Source of the DNA: a virus
Lineage: Duplodnaviria; Caudoviricetes
Virus record (IMG/VR): IMGVR_UViG_3300044806_000097
Coordinates: 1-50,173 of that record
Length of the DNA: 50,173 nucleotides
Strand: one strand, 5' to 3'
Part shown: positions 45,015-50,173 of the stretch, piece by piece
Layout: every line of letters begins with the position of its first letter
Position numbering within the stretch: the stretch's first letter is position 1
The notes under the pieces: model-generated
Database searches by the model: none
What the model saw: only the letters and a program-made list of their open reading frames with translations
Told to the model about the DNA's origin: nothing
Program-made: the position numbers and the translations under genes

Positions 45015-45872
45015 ATGAAAACTGTTGAACAAATGCGAGCTGAGCACGCGGCGGCCCTGGCAAAGCTTGAAGCGGAGCACGCTATCGCGGCGCTGGCACC
45101 GATTGCCCCTAATTCCGCCATGTTGACGGGTTGCGGCGAAAAGGCGTGGCTTTCGTACAAGGTGGAATCGCTTTGGCAGGCACTTGACGTTATGAAGGCT
45201 TTCCGGCCTCTCGCCTGCTATAAGTTCAAGGGCACTTACACGCGAGTCGAACCGCCTGCCCTTAACGAGGCCCGGACTCGCGACAAGGGCGAAGAGGTTG
45301 ACGGGCCTTACCTGGCGACCATTGGCGTTAGTCAAGGCGAAGGTTTTGGGCCTTGCGTTTCATTCGGCTTCTTTGTCCTGCTTGGCGCGGACATCTGCAA
45401 AGTGAAGTGCGATCTAGGGCGCGGCTATAGCGACTCGTTTGGCCTATATGGCGCAAGGTTCCAAGCCGAAACGCGCGGACAATCGCGACTCCTTGAAGGT
45501 CAACGTTATATTGCCGGTGACTTCCGCGCGAATGGCAAGCTTAGCTCCTACGCCGATCTAACACAAAAGTACGGAACCGGATCGCGGGAAGCCGCCCAAT
45601 TCGCCTATTCGTTTTCCAGTGATACGGATGACGACGGACTCGCCTCTTGGGAGACTGACGCGATTTATCGGCTGGAGAACCTGGCGCGGGATATGCATGG
45701 CGAAAAGCCACGGTATCGCTATGACTTCGACTCGCGAAGCGGGACTGGAGTCCTTGTGCGGCTGGAGGATAACAAAACCTCACTGCGGTACACAGGCGGA
45801 GATGCTAATCAATTGCGATATAAAGCAGGTGAAGCCTTGAACGCTGAAGGCGACTCGGCGGAGTTCAGCTAA
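45015..45872 (+). CDS. Hypothetical early protein
   Basis: GAGGAG RBS before ATG 45015. Confidence 0.75.
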   Translation: MKTVEQMRAEHAAALAKLEAEHAIAALAPIAPNSAMLTGCGEKAWLSYKVESLWQALDVMKAFRPLACYKFKGTYTRVEPPALNEARTRDKGEEVDGPYLATIGVSQGEGFGPCVSFGFFVLLGADICKVKCDLGRGYSDSFGLYGARFQAETRGQSRLLEGQRYIAGDFRANGKLSSYADLTQKYGTGSREAAQFAYSFSSDTDDDGLASWETDAIYRLENLARDMHGEKPRYRYDFDSRSGTGVLVRLEDNKTSLRYTGGDANQLRYKAGEALNAEGDSAEFS

Positions 45873-46060
45873 TGGCGACTCCCTGGATTATAGGCAACTG
45901 GACGATTACACAGGATTCGCCTGAGTATGGATGCGATGACAATCCATCATACGAATGGTTTGCAAACGAATATAAGGAAGGGCACTGGACCGGGCGAAGT
46001 CTCCGCTTCCCTACCGAATACGATATGCGAGTCCACTTTCTAGGGCGCGACGCGGCATAG
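45872..46060 (+). CDS. Hypothetical early protein
   Basis: TAATG coupling. Confidence 0.65.
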   Translation: MATPWIIGNWTITQDSPEYGCDDNPSYEWFANEYKEGHWTGRSLRFPTEYDMRVHFLGRDAA

Positions 46061-46120
46061 GTGGAAGTAACTTCCAGTTAACGTTTGTACGGTATCAAGC
46101 TTTCAAAGGAGCGAAACAAC

Positions 46121-46723
46121 ATGATGCGATTAGAGAACAATCCAGCCGTTGCTGGATACCGTGAAGGGAAAGAAGCTTTCACGATTCACGCGGATGGCGC
46201 GATTAGCCGCCCTGCCATAGGTCTGAAGCCTTCAGGCGGATGGACTTTCCAGAGCCTTGGTCAATACAATCGCGGAGTCTTCGAGAATGTGGGCGGACTT
46301 GTCGCTATCATTCGGACTATGGGCGGAAGAGACCTGACAGGACTCCACGTGGCGGACATAGACCACGGGACCTACCGAGTCCACGGTGAGGCAATCAGCA
46401 ACTTTTGGCTAGAGCCTAATGCGAAGTTGTGGCTTCCTGAGATTGAGCGATTGCACGCGGAACGATTCGAGCGGGAACGAGTGGCACGCGACGCGGCGGC
46501 CCTGGAGGCAAGGGAGCGAGTCACTGAAGCCAAAGGCGCGGCGCTATGCTGGCAGTGTGATGACTTGGCTTTCCCGATTGAACTGTGGCGCGGACGCGGC
46601 AAGGACTCTTTCGCGGTGATCTACGGCAAACAGGTGAAAGACGGCTTGCCTTATGAAGGCGCGGCGGATGAACTAGGGCGCGCGATAATGCACGCCTTGG
46701 CCTGCGATGAAAGGCTAGGGTGA
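46121..46723 (+). CDS. Hypothetical early protein
   Basis: AAGGAG RBS before ATG 46121. Confidence 0.7.
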   Translation: MMRLENNPAVAGYREGKEAFTIHADGAISRPAIGLKPSGGWTFQSLGQYNRGVFENVGGLVAIIRTMGGRDLTGLHVADIDHGTYRVHGEAISNFWLEPNAKLWLPEIERLHAERFERERVARDAAALEARERVTEAKGAALCWQCDDLAFPIELWRGRGKDSFAVIYGKQVKDGLPYEGAADELGRAIMHALACDERLG

Positions 46724-47136
46724 TGAAACGGATATATCACAAAGATGTAGAAGCCGCGTGCGCACGGTACAACAAAGCCCTAGGCCTGAAGTATTGGAAA
46801 GGCAAAGCGCCACCTTCAACAGGATATCTTATGTGGGCGGACATTCGTGGCGATGGATCAAACCGGCGCGGTCTGTACGCGGTCTGTGGTGAGGGTGGCG
46901 GAGTCGGCCATGCTTATGATCTAAGGCGCAACACTATGCGCAAAACAATTCAGGCGATTGACCTTGCAATCAAGTTTGACAAGCTCCGCTCGTTCTGTGT
47001 CATCATCCAGGCCATTCACGAACGTGGCGAAACACAAAAAGCCGCCTTGCGTGAATTGAACCGGCGCGGCTTGTGGCTTGGCAAAGAGCAAAGGGCGCAA
47101 GCTGGACTCCCTCCTATCGAAGGGCAAAGAGTATGA
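46720..47136 (+). CDS. Hypothetical early protein
   Basis: Coupled ORF. Confidence 0.65.
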   Translation: MMKRIYHKDVEAACARYNKALGLKYWKGKAPPSTGYLMWADIRGDGSNRRGLYAVCGEGGGVGHAYDLRRNTMRKTIQAIDLAIKFDKLRSFCVIIQAIHERGETQKAALRELNRRGLWLGKEQRAQAGLPPIEGQRV

Positions 47137-47432
47137 AAGTCACAATATACACGGCAAGCGGGAAGGCGATTCGCGCGTCGAAAAACCTTCGCGGGATATT
47201 AGACTACGCGCGGCGGTCTCCGGTTGACTCTGTTAGGCTGGAGCCTTGGCCCGATGAACCCGGATATTATGCGGTTCACTTCAAGTTCTATGATGGCGCT
47301 AACGCGGTAACAAAATGGGCGGATTGGCGCGTTTGTGCAGATTGGTTGCGTAGCCGCCGCTCCTGGGGCTTGATCGCGGAATCCAAGCTGCAAGGCCCTA
47401 TCGAGTTCGTTGATAGATATTGGAGGCGATAA
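47133..47432 (+). CDS. Hypothetical early protein
   Basis: ATGA coupling. Confidence 0.65.
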   Translation: MKVTIYTASGKAIRASKNLRGILDYARRSPVDSVRLEPWPDEPGYYAVHFKFYDGANAVTKWADWRVCADWLRSRRSWGLIAESKLQGPIEFVDRYWRR

Positions 47433-47435
47433 GTG

Positions 47436-47612
47436 ATGGATGACAAGCCGCTAGTTGTCCTGCCCTATGGGCGGACAAGAGAACAACAGGAAGCCCTGGA
47501 GCGCAAGAAAGAAAAAGGGCGCAGAGGGTGGCGACTGTTGCTCTTGCAATTTGTCCTGATTGCCTTGTTTTGCGCTTATGCTCTTGGCTATGTGAAGGGC
47601 AAGCTTGGATGA
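47436..47612 (+). CDS. Small single-TM membrane protein (58 aa)
   Basis: GGAGG RBS; MDDKPLVV...RRGWRLLLLQFVLIALFCAYALGYVKG; absent from the ORF track. Confidence 0.65.
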   Translation: MDDKPLVVLPYGRTREQQEALERKKEKGRRGWRLLLLQFVLIALFCAYALGYVKGKLG

Positions 47613-47770
47613 CAAGTCAACAGATAGCCGACTCCATGCTTGCAGTTGATCGCGAGCGGCGATTGTCCCGCGATCCTGCCAGGGTGGCGGAGTGTGAAGC
47701 CGAGTTAAAGAGACTCGGAAGTAACTTCCAATTAACACTTTCCATGTTATGCGTGAAGCGTAACAAGTAA
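47609..47770 (+). CDS. Small hypothetical protein
   Basis: ATGA coupling; the 3' end runs through regulatory motifs. Confidence 0.45.
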   Translation: MTSQQIADSMLAVDRERRLSRDPARVAECEAELKRLGSNFQLTLSMLCVKRNK

Positions 47771-47782
47771 GGAGTGATTCGA

Positions 47783-48004
47783 ATGAACAAGATCGCAATA
47801 GGACTCGCCCTGATCGCGCTAGGCGCGGCGGCTATAACCGCAGGGCGCAACGCGTCTGAGCACGGGACTTACCGCCTGATTGAAAACTATCAGACGGACT
47901 CGTTTGTCATAGACCACGGGTTGACCCTTGGGGACTGTGTGGAGGCCTTGCCGCGCAATGACGTGCAGCACGGCATAACCTTTGCTTGCGAAAGGGCGAA
48001 GTGA
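47783..48004 (+). CDS. Small exported or membrane-anchored protein
   Basis: AAGGAG RBS; signal-like MNKIAIGLALIALGAAAITA; two Cys. Confidence 0.7.
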   Translation: MNKIAIGLALIALGAAAITAGRNASEHGTYRLIENYQTDSFVIDHGLTLGDCVEALPRNDVQHGITFACERAK

Positions 48005-48243
48005 TGCGAATTGGCACGAAAAAGCATTGCCAAGTAGGCAAGCGAGTCCAGATACCCGCGTACACTGATCTATGGATGCGCGGCGCGCGTTTCGGCACTG
48101 TGGAGCGGGTAATCGAAGGGCGCGGAAGCTATCTTGATCCTAGAGACCCTAGAGGCGCGACTCTGTACGTTGTCCGCCTTGATCATCCCGGCGTTAAGAG
48201 GCCTGCACGCGTCATTGCAGATGACTGTACAGGAGTCGAGTGA
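48004..48243 (+). CDS. Hypothetical protein (SH3-like beta barrel possible)
   Basis: VGKRVQI...WMRGARFGTVERV...VVRLD. Confidence 0.65.
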   Translation: MRIGTKKHCQVGKRVQIPAYTDLWMRGARFGTVERVIEGRGSYLDPRDPRGATLYVVRLDHPGVKRPARVIADDCTGVE

Positions 48244-48701
48244 TGGCCATTCTTGCCAAGGTATACCGCAACGGAATCCGGGCCTCTATGCCCGACTCTT
48301 CAGGCGCGCGGTCTGTAGTTATTGAGGCCCTGCCAGCGCCGGACTTTGAAGGCACGCTAGGCGAGGTTGCCGCGTACCTGGAGGCGCAACCTATCGGCTT
48401 GTCGGTTGAAGTCCGGTACTATCAGGGTGGCAAGTTTGCAGGCCTACGCTCTTGCATGAACAAGCCTGCACTGTGGGCGGACCTGAAGGAAAAGGAGTCG
48501 AGATACCGCCGATATTGTGTGGATGGGCGCGTAGGGGATTGGGATGACGCCGAATATCAGGGCGATGGCCAGTTTGCGCCCTTTGTGATTTTTGACATCG
48601 CAGCGCAACGCAACTTGCCGGGATTCTATGAAACGCGCGAAGCGGCAAATGCCGCACTGTGGGCGGACCTGAAGGAAAAGGAGTCGAGTGGTGCAACGTG
48701 A
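48240..48701 (+). CDS. Hypothetical protein with an internal 35-bp direct repeat
   Basis: ALWADLKEKES occurs twice (48468-48502 and 48654-48688). Confidence 0.65.
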   Translation: MMAILAKVYRNGIRASMPDSSGARSVVIEALPAPDFEGTLGEVAAYLEAQPIGLSVEVRYYQGGKFAGLRSCMNKPALWADLKEKESRYRRYCVDGRVGDWDDAEYQGDGQFAPFVIFDIAAQRNLPGFYETREAANAALWADLKEKESSGAT

Positions 48702-48915
48702 ACGGAAAGAACGGATAACCAAAAAGCAATGGTATGACCTTGGCGGCTTTGCCAACAGTGCCCTTTTCCGCAAGCAGTCGCGTGGCGGATCGTGGCGGTA
48801 TTATCGCACTATGCCTCGTAGAGATGACATCCGCCGCGCGGTCAACGCCGGGATTGACGAAGGGTTTGACATTTTGCGCGCGGCGAGGCGTGCTGGCAGG
48901 GAGTTAGTGAAATGA
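48688..48915 (+). CDS. Hypothetical protein
   Basis: Coupled ORF with an RBS inside the repeat. Confidence 0.6.
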   Translation: MVQRERKERITKKQWYDLGGFANSALFRKQSRGGSWRYYRTMPRRDDIRRAVNAGIDEGFDILRAARRAGRELVK

Positions 48916-49418
48916 CTGAGAACAATGCAATCGGCGCTCTTCTACTCGTAGAGCACAAGGCCCGGAAGGGAAGTGCAATGCAGCGCCACATAGCCGCGAT
49001 TGAATCCGGCAACGTCACGAAAACGAATGTCATAGGACTTCGCAAGGCGGTTAATCACGTGGCACGCCTTGTGCGCGGCTGGCCCGGTAACCGCAGCAAC
49101 GCGACACGCGAAGAGGTGAACGCGGCCCTGGATGCACCGGAGAGGTGCAAGCCTATCGTGCGAGGTGACCTGCACGCGAGCGGAGTCCGCCTTCTCACTG
49201 ATAAGCGGTATAAGAAGCGCCTGGAGAGTGTGGCGGATAAGATCGCGGCAATGCAAGGCTTCTCGCTTGTCGGGTTTGAAGAGGTCCGCGATTGCCAATA
49301 TATGCCGATCTATATGCTTTGGGGCAATGCCGGGACGTTCCGTTTCTATTCGGTCCCGTGGCAAACCGCCATGCATTGCGGCTTGGAGTCCGGGCCTCAA
49401 TTGCTGGAGTCTGTGTGA
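48912..49418 (+). CDS. Hypothetical protein
   Basis: ATGA coupling, GGGAG RBS. Confidence 0.65.
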   Translation: MTENNAIGALLLVEHKARKGSAMQRHIAAIESGNVTKTNVIGLRKAVNHVARLVRGWPGNRSNATREEVNAALDAPERCKPIVRGDLHASGVRLLTDKRYKKRLESVADKIAAMQGFSLVGFEEVRDCQYMPIYMLWGNAGTFRFYSVPWQTAMHCGLESGPQLLESV

Positions 49419-49627
49419 TGGCCAAGCTTTACGGAGTTCACGTGTTCAAGGGCGATGTCTGTTTGATCGCCTTTACCGCCACGTTGGACAAGGCGCGGCT
49501 CCGGTCTCACATACACCGCCTGCAAGGGTATGCCACGACTCGGCCAGTATATATGCCGCGAATGACGGAACGAGTCGCCGCTATGGTAGCAAGAGGTCAA
49601 GTCGTCGCGCCTGCACTGAGAGACTAG
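49418..49627 (+). CDS. Hypothetical protein
   Basis: TGATG coupling, GGAG RBS. Confidence 0.6.
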   Translation: MAKLYGVHVFKGDVCLIAFTATLDKARLRSHIHRLQGYATTRPVYMPRMTERVAAMVARGQVVAPALRD

Positions 49628-49740
49628 ACCAAGGCAAGCGAGTGTGTGTGAGTGTTGCGCCTCTCGGCTATGTTGCCGGGAGGCGTTAACGTATGTGCAA
49701 CACTTAGCCTCTATGCCTTGCATGGTAAGGAGATAAGGCA

Positions 49741-49959
49741 GTGAGACTCGAGACTATCCAGGAACGGAACGATAGGCTTAGTGTGGAGCACGCAAGGCGG
49801 ACTGAACCGGAGCGCCGCCGTGCGTATTGGAGCGCGAAGGAAGCGCAAGAGCTAGAAGACCGCAGGCGTGAGGTCCGCAGGGCAGAGGATAGGGCAAAGG
49901 CGGATAGCGGCATGGTGGCGGATTGGATTAGCCGCTTTGAGATAGCACGCCATGCCTGA
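49741..49959 (+). CDS. Small charged helical protein
   Basis: AAGGAG RBS, GTG start, last gene before a terminator. Confidence 0.6.
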   Translation: MRLETIQERNDRLSVEHARRTEPERRRAYWSAKEAQELEDRRREVRRAEDRAKADSGMVADWISRFEIARHA

Positions 49960-49988
49960 TTGATGGGAGTCATACGTGTGAGGGTTTG

Positions 49989-50022
49989 ACCCGCTTGGCC
50001 TAGTGCCAGGCGGGTTTCTTTT
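49989..50022 (+). terminator. Rho-independent terminator
   Basis: ACCCGCTTGGC-ctagt-GCCAGGCGGGT-TTCTTTT. Confidence 0.85.
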
Positions 50023-50161
50023 CGTGCGTAATAGGAAGTTAGTTCGCATGTTACGCGTCACACATAACAGAGCTTCGCGAGTCGTGGCGATCAGACGTGT
50101 TACGCGTGACGCGTACCGTACGCCCCAACGGGTCCCCCTTTGTTATGCGTGACGCGTAGCG

Positions 50162-50173
50162 GGGGCGCTGAGC
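50162..50173. other. Probable cohesive end (cos) at the genome terminus
   Basis: The last 12 nt, GGGGCGCTGAGC, differ at 2 positions from the phage Chi cos as I recall it (GGTGCGCAGAGC); lambda-type terminase present. Confidence 0.65.

Larger units (their letters stand above)
1201..50046. repeat. Dispersed 13-bp near-palindrome GGAAGT(T/A)ACTTCC, about 21 copies
   Basis: Copies read by eye start at 1201, 4076, 5151, 9035, 13871, 14666, 17230, 18602, 20460, 23719, 25740, 30520, 35037, 36896, 38320, 40507, 43285, 44904, 46063, 47717 and 50034 (0-2 mismatches); weaker copy at 11487. Confidence 0.9.
44977..50161. repeat. 21-bp palindromic operator-like repeat TGTTAYGCGT-N-ACGCGTAACA, 5 copies
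   Basis: 44977-44997, 47745-47765, 50049-50069, 50098-50118, 50141-50161. Confidence 0.85.

Noticed and set aside
1201-50046. The 13-bp repeats as a CRISPR array or REP/insertion-element ends
   Set aside because: Copies are kilobases apart, mostly inside intact ORFs, with no spacers, cas operon or transposase

Overview
About 50 kb of a tailed dsDNA siphophage with Chi-like (Casjensviridae-type) gene order. The host is probably an alphaproteobacterium, inferred from a GapR homologue, CtrA-like boxes and GANTC enrichment. The + strand carries replication genes (DUF2800 nuclease, DUF2815 SSB, PolA, two DNA methyltransferases, VRR-NUC, SNF2 helicase, two HNH-type nucleases), lambda-like packaging, head and tail genes, and a lysis cassette. 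A minus-strand accessory block (34.5-44.6 kb) encodes an acyl carrier protein, a ParB-like protein, GapR, a MazG-like protein, ThyX and a C2H2 zinc-finger micro-ORF. A divergent block of small, probably early genes (45-50 kb) ends in a Chi-like 12-nt cos sequence at the last base. No integrase is visible. The main unexplained signal is a 13-bp near-palindrome, GGAAGT(T/A)ACTTCC, found about 21 times along the whole window, inside genes in different reading frames and at promoters, in a phage that encodes an orphan ParB-HTH protein. Other notable signals are a structured RNA resembling the c-di-AMP (ydaO) riboswitch inside the lysis cassette, one domain inserted in both the head decoration and tail tube proteins, shared C-terminal peptide tags, and host cell-cycle motifs in the early region. 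All family assignments come from motif recognition by eye, not from database searches.
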